Of a stretch of DNA of 64,000 nt, positions 30,145-39,211 are shown in pieces (the stretch's first letter is position 1; each line of letters begins with the position of its first letter). This DNA comes from Myxococcota bacterium (lineage in GTDB: Bacteria > Myxococcota > Myxococcia > Myxococcales > Myxococcaceae). The DNA lies in the NCBI GenBank assembly GCA_049322255.1, contig JBMORE010000053.1:62001-126000 (forward strand), read 5' to 3'. The position numbers were made by a program, and so were the translations under genes. Below the pieces are notes generated by a model. That model made no database searches, was not told where the DNA came from, and saw only the letters and a program-made list of their open reading frames with translations.

Positions 30145-31467
30145 TCACAACAGATTGGCTGCCAGCTCCGCCAGAACGCTCCGCTCCCCCTTGCTCATGG
30201 TGATGTGCCCAGCGACCTTCTCGCTGCGGAAACGGTTCACCACGTGCACCAGGCCGTTGTTGGTGGAGTCGACGTAAGGGTTGTCGATCTGGAAGGGGTC
30301 GCCGGTGAGGACGATTTTCGTGTTGTCGCCCACGCGGGTGATGATGGTTTTCACTTCGTGCGGGGTGAGGTTCTGCGCCTCGTCGACGATGATGTACTGG
30401 TTGGGAATGCTGCGGCCGCGGATGTAGGTGAGCGGCTCGATCTCGATGATGCCCAAGTCGACCAGCTCGTGGTACCCGCGCCCCGCCTTCTTGTCGGCGC
30501 GCGAGAGGTTCATCAAAAATTCGACGTTGTCGAAGATGGGCTGCATCCACGGGTTGAGCTTCTGCTCGACGTCGCCCGGCAGGTAGCCGATGTCTCGGCC
30601 GAGCGGGAAGATGGGCCGGCTCACCAAGAGCTTTTGGTAGACCGACTCTTCGGTCGTCTTTTGCAGGCCGGCGGCGATGGCCATCAGCGTCTTGCCCGTG
30701 CCCGCCTTGCCCACGATGGTGACCAGCTTGATCTCGTCGTTGAGGAGCAGATCGAGCGCGAAGCTCTGCTCCATGTTGCGCGGGCGCACCCCCCACACGC
30801 CTTCTTTGCCGGTGCGGATGAGGGGGACCACCTTGTTCTTCGCCCCGCTCATCCGTCCCATCGCGGTGTGGGAGGGGTTGGCCTCGTCCTTGAGCAACAC
30901 CAGCTGGTTGGGCGAGAGTTGGTCGGCTTGGGGGACGTCGATCTCCGCGCTGGGCTTGTACATCTGGTCGACCAGCTCGGCGGGCACCGGCAGCTCGGTG
31001 TAGCCGGAGTACAGCTCGGAGATCTCCACCCGCTCGGTGTCGTAGTCCTCGGCGATCAGCCCCAAGGCGTCGGCGCGAATACGCAGGTTGGTGTCCTTGG
31101 TGATGAACACCGCTGGCGAGTCGGGCTCTTTGATCTTGGCGTCGATCGCCGTGGCGAGAATGCGGTTGTCCATCAGCTGGCCGTCGGCCATCGACGCGGG
31201 CAGCTCGCGGTCGGTGAAGGAGACCTTGAGCGTGCCGCCGTTGGGCAGCGCCACCCCTTCAGAAAGCGTGCCCTCCGAACGGAAGCCGTCGATGTAGCGC
31301 GCCACCATGCGGGCGTTGCGGCCCAGCTCGGAGAGGTCTTTCTTGAACGAGTCCAGCTCCTCGATCACGTAGATGGGAATGATGACGTTGTGCTCTTCGA
31401 AGCCGTAGATCGACCGGGGGTCGTGCAGCAGAACGTTGGTGTCGAGAATGAAGTTCTTTCGCGCCAT
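30145..31467 (-). CDS. PIN-PhoH protein (PhoH2 type)
   Basis: N-terminal PIN ILDTNVLLHDP; GKAGTGKT, IRGRS, DEAQN, GDPFQID. Confidence 0.93.
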   Translation of the reverse strand: MARKNFILDTNVLLHDPRSIYGFEEHNVIIPIYVIEELDSFKKDLSELGRNARMVARYIDGFRSEGTLSEGVALPNGGTLKVSFTDRELPASMADGQLMDNRILATAIDAKIKEPDSPAVFITKDTNLRIRADALGLIAEDYDTERVEISELYSGYTELPVPAELVDQMYKPSAEIDVPQADQLSPNQLVLLKDEANPSHTAMGRMSGAKNKVVPLIRTGKEGVWGVRPRNMEQSFALDLLLNDEIKLVTIVGKAGTGKTLMAIAAGLQKTTEESVYQKLLVSRPIFPLGRDIGYLPGDVEQKLNPWMQPIFDNVEFLMNLSRADKKAGRGYHELVDLGIIEIEPLTYIRGRSIPNQYIIVDEAQNLTPHEVKTIITRVGDNTKIVLTGDPFQIDNPYVDSTNNGLVHVVNRFRSEKVAGHITMSKGERSVLAELAANLL

Positions 31468-31523
31468 CTTCGGCCTAGCCGACCTCGCTTCGAAAGGGGT
31501 GGTGCATCTTCGCACGAAACAGC

Positions 31524-31994
31524 TCAGCGGTACTGAATCTTCAGGAGGGTGAGCTCCACCTCCCCCCGGGGCCGCAGCACCGTCACCGTATCGCCTTTTC
31601 TCTTTCCCAAGAGCGCCTGGCCAATGGGCGAGTCGACGCTGATGCGCCCTCCCTGGGTGTCGGTCTCGTCGGGGCCGACGATTTGGTAGGTCGACACCCT
31701 GCCCTCCTCGTCCTCGAGGGTCACCGTGGCGCCGAAGTAGACCTTGTGGGTGTCTTTTTGCTCGCTGGGCACCACTACGGTGGCCTCGTCCAACCGTTTC
31801 TTGAGGTAGCGCAGGCGCCGGTCGATTTCGCGCAGCCGCTTTTTCCCGTAGATGTATTCGGCGTTCTCGGAGCGATCGCCCTGCGCCGCGGCGGCCGAGA
31901 CCTCGGCCGTCACCTTGGGGCGTTCTTCGTTGAGCAGCCGAAGGAGCTCCTGGTGGAGCCGCTCGGCCCCGGCACGGGTGATGTACGTTTTCAT
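31524..31994 (-). CDS. greB: Transcription elongation factor GreB
   Basis: YIT..G, GDRSENAEYIYGKKRLREIDRR, ISVDSP. Confidence 0.95.
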   Translation of the reverse strand: MKTYITRAGAERLHQELLRLLNEERPKVTAEVSAAAAQGDRSENAEYIYGKKRLREIDRRLRYLKKRLDEATVVVPSEQKDTHKVYFGATVTLEDEEGRVSTYQIVGPDETDTQGGRISVDSPIGQALLGKRKGDTVTVLRPRGEVELTLLKIQYR

Positions 31995-32059
31995 GGAAAG
32001 GCTCTTCTAGCGCCGCTCGGTTCTTCCTGAAGGGGGAACTTGTGGTATCAGGCCGCGCC

Positions 32060-32638
32060 ATGGGACGCGCTCTCTTCCTCGCCAGCCTGACGTTGGCCAC
32101 CGGCTGCAGCCAAGTCGACTACATCGACATCAAGCCGAAGACCTTGGTGCTGCGGCAGAGGAACAACGAGATTTGGCTACAGGGCCACGCGATGAGCCAC
32201 ACCGGAGTGCACTACTCGCGGGCCACGGTGACTTGGTCGACGAAGGACCCGTCGATCGCCGTCGTCGACGAGAAGGGGCGGCTGACCCCGGTGAAGTCGG
32301 GGTTGACCGAGGTGGTGGCCAAGCATGGGGACGTTCAAGCGGCGGCCCCGGTCGAGGTGCTGTTCGCCGAGAAGATGACCGTCGAGCCGACGCAGGTGAG
32401 CTTGGTGGAGGGCGGGCCATCGGTCGAGCTCCACGTGAAGGTCTATGACTACAAGGGCCGGGAGCTGACGGATCGAACTGCCACCTTCCGCTCGCTCAAC
32501 AAGGAGATCATCAGCATGGGGCAAAACGCCGTCTTTGGGCTTGCTCGGGGGACAGCGAACGTCGAGGTACAAGTCGAAGAGCTCAAACAAACAGTGGCGG
32601 TCACCGTCGAGAACGAGCAACAAGCCGTGAAGAAATAG
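32060..32638 (+). CDS. Lipoprotein with two bacterial Ig-like (Big_2) domains
   Basis: Lipobox LATGC; VTWSTKDPSIAVVDEKG motif. Confidence 0.8.
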   Translation: MGRALFLASLTLATGCSQVDYIDIKPKTLVLRQRNNEIWLQGHAMSHTGVHYSRATVTWSTKDPSIAVVDEKGRLTPVKSGLTEVVAKHGDVQAAAPVEVLFAEKMTVEPTQVSLVEGGPSVELHVKVYDYKGRELTDRTATFRSLNKEIISMGQNAVFGLARGTANVEVQVEELKQTVAVTVENEQQAVKK

Positions 32639-32643
32639 TGTGC

Positions 32644-32716
<73 letters not shown>

Positions 32717-32723
32717 TTTGAAC

Positions 32724-32796
32724 GTCCCCGTCGTCTAGAGGCCCAGGACGCTGGCCTTTCAAGCCGGTAACACGGGTTCGAATCCCGTCGGGGACA
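32724..32796 (+). tRNA. tRNA-Glu (anticodon TTC)
   Basis: Acceptor GTCCCCG/CGGGGAC, loop CTTTCAA, GGTTCGAATCC; CCA not encoded. Confidence 0.95.
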
Positions 32797-33241
32797 TGAG
32801 GCAATCGAAAATGAACAAGAACAGTTCGCCCTGCTCATCGGAGGCGTTCTGATCCTCGCGGTGGCCGGAGCAAGTCCGTGGGTTGCTGTCTGCGGCATTC
32901 TGTTCTTGTGGCTCGTACATCGGCGAACGCCCACAGGCTTGTCGAAGACAGCATTGTTTCGGAGCGTCGCAGCGGGTGGCATCGCCGGTGGACTCGTTGC
33001 TTCCTCGTTGGCGGTGGCGATGCAACTCATGGTGAAGGGCATGGCGAAGGGGCCGATGCTCAAGAGCCGCACTCCGCCTGATGCCGACGACTTTCTTTCT
33101 ACCCTTTCCACCGCAATGAGCTGGGCCCTCTTGGGATCGGCCGCGTACTCCGTTCTGGCGGCCTTGCTGTTTGCTTGGGCCGTCACCCTGGTTGCGGGCT
33201 TCTTGCCTCAGCAGACAAAGGACGTTTCCACTTTGGAGTGA
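32797..33241 (+). pseudogene. Probable 5'-truncated membrane protein fragment
   Basis: The hydrophobic frame stays open back to the tRNA-Glu 3' end (EAIENEQEQFALLIGGVLILAVAGASPW...) with no convincing start or RBS. Confidence 0.45.
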
Positions 33242-33293
33242 CGAACCGTCCTGGCATCTGGCATCCCAAACCTTGGACCGCTACCATACGGAC

Positions 33294-33509
33294 ATGTCGC
33301 GAGTCATTGACTGGGACGGCAAGAATGTCCCCGATGAAATGAGGTCGCTCCCTCCCGGGCGGTACGTGGTCGATCCGATCGACGAGACCATTCCTCTGAC
33401 TGCTGACGAAGAGGAAGGCATCCGGCAGGCGATGGCTTCCTTGGGGGCGGGCCAGGGACGGAGCCTCGAGGAAGTACGGGACCGCGTTCTCATTTCGCTG
33501 AAGCGGTGA
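33294..33509 (+). CDS. Small acidic protein, antitoxin-like
   Basis: 71 aa; LTADEEEGIRQAMASLGAGQGRSLEEV resembles C-termini of type II antitoxins. Confidence 0.55.
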   Translation: MSRVIDWDGKNVPDEMRSLPPGRYVVDPIDETIPLTADEEEGIRQAMASLGAGQGRSLEEVRDRVLISLKR

Positions 33510-33564
33510 AGGTCCTCCCCCGCCGCGAGGTGACACGTTCTGACCCATGGAACTTGGGTAGGCG

Positions 33565-35091
33565 TCACGGACGGGTGACCGCTCCCAGCACCGATCGAAT
33601 CTTCTTCGTCAGCGCGCTCGGTGTGATGGGTTTTTGAATGAAGGGCACTCCCTCCAGCACGCCGTGGTGCAGCACCGTATCGTCGGTGTAACCGGACATG
33701 TAGAGCACCTTGGCCTCGGACCGAAGGGCAGAAACCTTTTCGACCAGCTGGCGACCACTCATCTCGGGCATGACCACGTCCGTCAAGACGAGGTGAATCG
33801 GGCCTGGGTGTTGCTCGCACAACTCGAGCGCGGCGGCACCATTCCAGGCCTCGAGAACCGTGTAGCCCGCGCGCTTGAGGACGTTGCGAACCAGAACGCG
33901 AACCTGCTCCTCGTCCTCCACCAGAAGAATGGTCTCCGAGCCGACGTTCGAATCCGGTTCCGCTGCCCGCAGGACGGCCGGCTCGACCGATCCCACAGCG
34001 CGCGGCAGATACACTTTGAACGTCGTCCCATGTCCGATTTCGCTGTAGACCCAGATGTTGCCGCCGCTCTGCTTGACGATGCCAAAGACAGTCGAGAGCC
34101 CGAGGCCCGTCCCCTTGCCTTTCTCCTTGGTGGTGAAGAACGGCTCGAAGATGCGCGCCTGGGTCACCTTGTCCATGCCGACGCCGGTATCGCTCACCGC
34201 CAACATGGCGTGCGGCCCCGGTCTGGCTCCTAAGTGCTCCCCGACGTACGTCTCATCGAGCTCGACGTTCGCCGTTTCGATGGTGAGCCGGCCTCCGCGC
34301 GGCATGGCGTCCCGCGCATTCACCACCAGGTTCATCAGCACCTGTTCCAGCTGCCCGGGGTCTGCCGTCGCCGTCCACAGGCCCGGCGCCAGTCGAGTGA
34401 CCAGCTCGATGTCTTCCCCGATGATGCGGCGGAGCATTTTCTCCATCCGGGAGACGACCCCGTTGAGATCCAGGTTGCGAGGCTCCAGCACCTGCTGACG
34501 GCTGAACGCGAGGAGCTGACGGGTGAGATCCGCAGCGCGTTGGCCGGCCTTGTGGATCTCGTCGATGTCCTCCCGCACACGGTCTTCCGGCTTCAGCTCC
34601 TTGAGCAACAACTCGCTGTAGCTCAAGACGATCGAGAGCAGGTTGTTGAAGTCGTGCGCGACCCCGCCGGCGAGGCGACCGATGGCCTCCATTTTCTGCG
34701 CTTGGCGCAGCTGCTCTTCGCTGCGCAGCAGGGCGGCGGTGGTGCGCTTGGCCTCGCTGATGTCGAGAGAGAGAATGCACGTCCCTTCCGAAACCGGGAT
34801 GAAACGAAGCTCGAACCAGCCCTTCGAGCCGTCGGGGAAGGTGAATTCGTTCTCCATCCGGTCGTAGGCCCGCGCCGCCATGGAGCGACGCAGCACCGCG
34901 AACATCGGACTGTCCTCGATGCCGGGAAAGCACTCCATCATCGTCCGGCCGAGGAGCTGCTCCTTCGACATCCGCGCGTGGGCAGCGACGGTGTCGTTCA
35001 CGTAGAGGTACTTGTAGTCGTAGCCGATGACCTGGCAGCCCTCCAGAAGGCTGTCCAGAACATCGCGCGCGACGCTTTCACGCGATGGCAT
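33565..35091 (-). CDS. PAS hybrid histidine kinase with receiver (CckA-like architecture)
   Basis: PAS; AHDFNNLL; NLVVNARDAM; FFTTK..GKGTGLGL; receiver LLVEDE..TDVVMP. Confidence 0.93.
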   Translation of the reverse strand: MPSRESVARDVLDSLLEGCQVIGYDYKYLYVNDTVAAHARMSKEQLLGRTMMECFPGIEDSPMFAVLRRSMAARAYDRMENEFTFPDGSKGWFELRFIPVSEGTCILSLDISEAKRTTAALLRSEEQLRQAQKMEAIGRLAGGVAHDFNNLLSIVLSYSELLLKELKPEDRVREDIDEIHKAGQRAADLTRQLLAFSRQQVLEPRNLDLNGVVSRMEKMLRRIIGEDIELVTRLAPGLWTATADPGQLEQVLMNLVVNARDAMPRGGRLTIETANVELDETYVGEHLGARPGPHAMLAVSDTGVGMDKVTQARIFEPFFTTKEKGKGTGLGLSTVFGIVKQSGGNIWVYSEIGHGTTFKVYLPRAVGSVEPAVLRAAEPDSNVGSETILLVEDEEQVRVLVRNVLKRAGYTVLEAWNGAAALELCEQHPGPIHLVLTDVVMPEMSGRQLVEKVSALRSEAKVLYMSGYTDDTVLHHGVLEGVPFIQKPITPSALTKKIRSVLGAVTRP

Positions 35092-35268
35092 CTTGGCCCC
35101 CCTTAGTCCTCATCTCTGAGAAAACCAGGATGTCCCGGGCGGCTGGGACATGACAAGCAAAACGTGACGTCCGCCCGCAAGGCCTGCGCCGTCGCCACGT
35201 CTACCGCAACCCCTGCGCGAATTTCCCTGGTTTGACCGCGCACACGTCTTGCTCTGGCGCCCTCCTCG

Positions 35269-36726
35269 ATGGCGCCCTGGGTCGGTTTGACAGCGTGGAT
35301 GCTGGTTGCCTCTCCGGTGGAGGCTCCCATGGAAAACGACGCTCCCGACCTCGCCGGCGCGGCCATCGAGGCCGGCGTGCTGTGGGGTTTGGGAACTGCT
35401 TGGTACATCGCCGCCGTTCCCTCCAATTCTTCCGACTGGCACTACGACTTGAGTTGGGACACGGCGCAAAAGAAGCTCTTCACCGGCGAGGCGATTGGCT
35501 TCGACGACAACCCGCTGTACTTGAACCTCCCGGGGCACGCCTTCGCCGGCGCCGGCTACTTCCTGGCGGCGCGCAACAACGGCTTCGGTCCGTTCCCGTC
35601 CCTGGGCATCAGCGCGGCCACTGCAGTCCTGTGGGAGCTGTCCACCGAGTACCGGGAAATCGTCTCGGTGGGGGACTTGGTGGTGACGCCGGTGGGGGGC
35701 TTCGCCATCGCCGAAGCGCTGTTTCAGGTGAGCGAGGTGTTTCGGAAAAGCGACGACCGCCCCTTGTTCCGTGGATTTTGGCGCGTCCTTTCCGGCCCCT
35801 CCAGCCTCTACCCGTGGCGAAGAGAGCCGCCTCGTCACCGCTTCCTCGACGAGCACGGCTGGACGACCGAGCTGGGCCACCGCTTTTCCTTGCTGGCGGG
35901 GGCCGAAGTCTTACGCGCCCGTCCCCACGGGGAGGCGACGGGGGGCGTCGCCATCGGGTTCGACACGACCGTCTGGAACCACCCGGCGTACGACCGGGCC
36001 GGCACGAGCCGGTTCATCACCACCCGCACCCTCGTCTCTCACTTGCGCCTGGCAGCGATGCTCCGGCCCTCCGGCCTCGCCGACCTCGAGCTCTTCGCCG
36101 ACGCCACCTACTTCGCCCTGTACGCCCAGTCGCTGAGCGCTGACCAAGGTCCACTCCACGGTTGGGTTGGCTACGTCGGGCTGAGCACCCTTTACGAGCA
36201 CATCGAGCGCCCGCTTTCCGAGCACATGGACCAGCTGGGCATGGTCTCTCCCGCGGGGCTCAACGCCCACCTCGTGGGGCGCTCGGGCACGGTCGGCATC
36301 CAGCTCGATCTGGAAAGTCACCCTGTCTTCGGCGCCGCCTACTCGCAGGGGCTCGCCTTTCACCGCGCCGCCTGGCCACCCGAGTCGCTCTCTTCGGTCC
36401 TGGCGAAGAATGGGTACTACTGGGCGATCGGCGTTCGCTCCACCGCCGCTCTCTCCGTCTCTTTCCGCCGCGCCGAGATGGGGCTGGCCTTCCGCTGGTA
36501 CCACCTGGGCGATGGGGAAGCCGCCTGGGCAGGAGCCTCCTGGCGCGGCCCGCCCCTGCGCGACGAACGCTTCCTACGGCGGCTGTGGTTCACCATTCCC
36601 CTCGAATCGGAAGGCCTCGGCTTGCAGCTGGTGCTCGACCGCTCGTACCGCGAAGGGCAGCTCGGCGACAGCCACGGCAGCGCGGTGGATTCGATGGCCC
36701 GCCTCCAGCTCGTGGGGTCGACATGA
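35269..36726 (+). CDS. DUF3943-like exported/outer-membrane protein
   Basis: FDDNPLYLNLPGHAFAGAGY..AR.NG and LWE..E....S..D motifs; beta-rich C-terminus. Confidence 0.72.
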   Translation: MAPWVGLTAWMLVASPVEAPMENDAPDLAGAAIEAGVLWGLGTAWYIAAVPSNSSDWHYDLSWDTAQKKLFTGEAIGFDDNPLYLNLPGHAFAGAGYFLAARNNGFGPFPSLGISAATAVLWELSTEYREIVSVGDLVVTPVGGFAIAEALFQVSEVFRKSDDRPLFRGFWRVLSGPSSLYPWRREPPRHRFLDEHGWTTELGHRFSLLAGAEVLRARPHGEATGGVAIGFDTTVWNHPAYDRAGTSRFITTRTLVSHLRLAAMLRPSGLADLELFADATYFALYAQSLSADQGPLHGWVGYVGLSTLYEHIERPLSEHMDQLGMVSPAGLNAHLVGRSGTVGIQLDLESHPVFGAAYSQGLAFHRAAWPPESLSSVLAKNGYYWAIGVRSTAALSVSFRRAEMGLAFRWYHLGDGEAAWAGASWRGPPLRDERFLRRLWFTIPLESEGLGLQLVLDRSYREGQLGDSHGSAVDSMARLQLVGST

Positions 36727-37577
36727 GGCCGGTGGCCGCCATCGTGTGCGCCGGCCTCCTCGCTGGCACGCTCGCCCACGCCGAAATCTCCTCGAACCCT
36801 CCCGCAGGCTGCCTCCTTGGCGACGAGCTGCGCTTTGGCCGCGCCATCCTCCCGGTGCGCGCCGCCGCCGACCTCTTGGCCATCCCCGCCGGTATCCCCG
36901 GCTGGGAGCTGTACGACTGGGCGCTCTTCTCCGCCGTCGCGCTTCCCACCGTCGGCTTGATGCTCCCGCTCCACCACCCGCTGGATGCGCGCATTCAACG
37001 TTGGGTGCGCTCCCAGCTCGGCCCTTCGAAGCTGGTGTGGACGCCGCTGGGCGATGTGCTCATTTGGACCGGCGTGTGGAGCGCCTTCGCCTCCGGCGTT
37101 GCCTACGGTTGGCTGGCGGAAGACGGCCGCTTCTTCGAACACGCCTCGCTGATGTTCGAAGCCTTCGCCGTCGCCCAGGTTTACCAGCTCCTTTTCAAGC
37201 TCGCGCTCGGCCGCGAGGGCCCCAACGACGGCGAAGCGCTGGGGGTCATTCACGGGCCCGCGGGCTTCTTCCGCCTCTTCCCCGCGGGGACGCCTTCAGG
37301 CCATGTCGCCTCGCTCTACGCCTTCATCGGGGTGGTCGACACCTACTGGAACGAGCCTTGGCTCACCACCCTGCTCCACCTCTTCGGGGTGGCCTTCGCA
37401 ACGTTCGTGGTGGTGGACAACTACCACTTCGTCTCCGACGTCGTGTGGGGCGCGGGCATGGGGTATTTCATCGGCCGCTGGGTGGCCCAGCACCGCTCAT
37501 CGAGCACCTCGCGCGAAGCTTCGCCGGTGTCGATTGCTCCCGGACCGGGTGGGCTTCAGATCCACGTCGAGTTTTAG
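36723..37577 (+). CDS. PAP2-family phosphatase
   Basis: ATGA overlap; K.ALGREGP, PSGH, HFVSDV motifs. Confidence 0.82.
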   Translation: MRPVAAIVCAGLLAGTLAHAEISSNPPAGCLLGDELRFGRAILPVRAAADLLAIPAGIPGWELYDWALFSAVALPTVGLMLPLHHPLDARIQRWVRSQLGPSKLVWTPLGDVLIWTGVWSAFASGVAYGWLAEDGRFFEHASLMFEAFAVAQVYQLLFKLALGREGPNDGEALGVIHGPAGFFRLFPAGTPSGHVASLYAFIGVVDTYWNEPWLTTLLHLFGVAFATFVVVDNYHFVSDVVWGAGMGYFIGRWVAQHRSSSTSREASPVSIAPGPGGLQIHVEF

Positions 37578-38392
37578 GGCCCTGGCGACAGACCGGAAGG
37601 CACGCGAACGTCCACCCAGATGGGGAAATGGTCGCTCGCCTTCACCTCTCCCACCTTGGCCTCGATGAGCTGGGCAGCCAACGGCGCGTCGACGAACACG
37701 TAGTCGAGCCGCGTCTGCGAGGGCCAGAAGGTGGGGCGCTCGGCGGTGAGGAACAAATCGAACAGCCCCTTCCCGGTCAGCTTGCGCGGCGCCTCTTCCG
37801 AGGGTGTGGCGTTCAAGTCTCCGGCCACCACGAGGCCTTTACCCACGTAGCCTTGAATGTGCCTGGCCAGCGTCTCGGCATTCGCCCCCGGGTTGAGAAA
37901 GTCGGCGTGCACCGCGACGAAGTGGAGGGGCGTCTTGGCCAGACACAGCTCGGCGTCAATCGCCACCCGCGGCTCGTAGGAGCCGAAGGCGCGCAGCTCG
38001 ACCCGACGGGCCGCTTGCACGGGAAATCGAGTCAGCATCGCGACCCCGTACGCGCCACCTCCTCGCTCGATGGCGGCGGCGAACAAGGCTTGAAGCCCCA
38101 GACGCTCCGCAAAAAACTGCGCCTCGTCCACACGGTGGGTCCGGTCGACTCCCACATCGACCTCCTGCAAGGCGACCACATCGGGTCGAATCGACTCCAG
38201 CTCGGTCGCGACCTCCTCCAGGGAGGTGTGCAACCCGGACTTTACGTTGTAGCTGGCGAACCGAACGGTTGGGGGAGCGGCCAGAGTGTTGTCCGCGCAG
38301 GTCACCAGAGCCGGGGCATAGAAGGTGGTGTCGTTCGCCGTGCACGCGCCGGCGAGCAAGAGGAGCACTGCCATTCCAGCGACGCGCTTCAT
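37574..38392 (-). CDS. Endonuclease/exonuclease/phosphatase family lipoprotein
   Basis: Lipobox LAGAC; SYNV, LQEVD, AGDLN, RLDYVF, SDHFP. Confidence 0.9.
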   Translation of the reverse strand: MKRVAGMAVLLLLAGACTANDTTFYAPALVTCADNTLAAPPTVRFASYNVKSGLHTSLEEVATELESIRPDVVALQEVDVGVDRTHRVDEAQFFAERLGLQALFAAAIERGGGAYGVAMLTRFPVQAARRVELRAFGSYEPRVAIDAELCLAKTPLHFVAVHADFLNPGANAETLARHIQGYVGKGLVVAGDLNATPSEEAPRKLTGKGLFDLFLTAERPTFWPSQTRLDYVFVDAPLAAQLIEAKVGEVKASDHFPIWVDVRVPSGLSPGP

Positions 38393-38457
38393 GCCTGCAC
38401 CACCCAATTCCAGCGGGCAACCGACCTCGAGGAAGCATTATTCCAAAAACCCAACCT

Positions 38458-39138
38458 CTACATTTCCGTGGGAGGCCGCACCCCCAAGCGCCGCGCCAAC
38501 AGCACCAACTGCGCGCGGTTTTCCGACCCCAGCTTGCGGTAGAGGCTCGACACGTGGGCCCGCACCGTGCGCTCGGTGATGTCGAGCAGAGCGGCGATCT
38601 TGAGGTTGTCGGCGCCGGCCGCGACACAGCGCAAGACCTCGCGCTCCCGTGCCGTCAACACGCCCAGCACCTCGGGCACCCGGGGCTTGAGCTCCGGCGC
38701 GCGGTTGGGAAGCTGCGACTCCACCGGGAAGATACGCTGGCCGGCGGCAATGGCCCGAACGGCGGCGACCAACCCCTGGCTCGAGGTGTCGTGCTTGAGC
38801 AGATAGCCCGCGACGCCTTCGCGGTACGCGCGCTCGAGCCCTTGCGAATCACGCTCGCCGGAGAGCACCAGCACGCGCACCTCGGGATACCACTCTCGCA
38901 TCGAGGCCACGGCTCGCCAGCCAGGCTCCGAGCGTCTGTCCTCCCCACCGTCGAGGACCAGATCGATCAACGCGACGTCGGGCGTCTTCGACGGCAACTC
39001 GGAAAGAAACTCCTCCGCCGAACCCGAAGCGAGAACGACGTCGAAGCCAGCGAACGTCATCACATCGGCAAGGCTGTCGCGCATGACGCGCAGATCCTCG
39101 AGGATCCCGACACGCACCACGGCGCGCAGCTCGTTCAC
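38458..39138 (-). CDS. NarL/LuxR-family response regulator
   Basis: Receiver domain plus HTH LTAREREVL...NLKIA...ITERTVRAHVSSLYRKLG. Confidence 0.92.
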   Translation of the reverse strand: MNELRAVVRVGILEDLRVMRDSLADVMTFAGFDVVLASGSAEEFLSELPSKTPDVALIDLVLDGGEDRRSEPGWRAVASMREWYPEVRVLVLSGERDSQGLERAYREGVAGYLLKHDTSSQGLVAAVRAIAAGQRIFPVESQLPNRAPELKPRVPEVLGVLTAREREVLRCVAAGADNLKIAALLDITERTVRAHVSSLYRKLGSENRAQLVLLARRLGVRPPTEM

Positions 39139-39211
39139 GTGAACCTCCCCCCAACGACCCGCCCATTGTCACGTCATCCACGTCTTTGGATCCAGGACAC
39201 CCGCGTTCAAC

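Noticed and set aside
35145..35153. attR-like copy of the tRNA-Glu 3' end (GGGACATGA, also at 32791-32799)
   Set aside because: Only 9 bp, part of a local hairpin (ATGTCCC/GGGACAT), and no integrase nearby; compatible with chance
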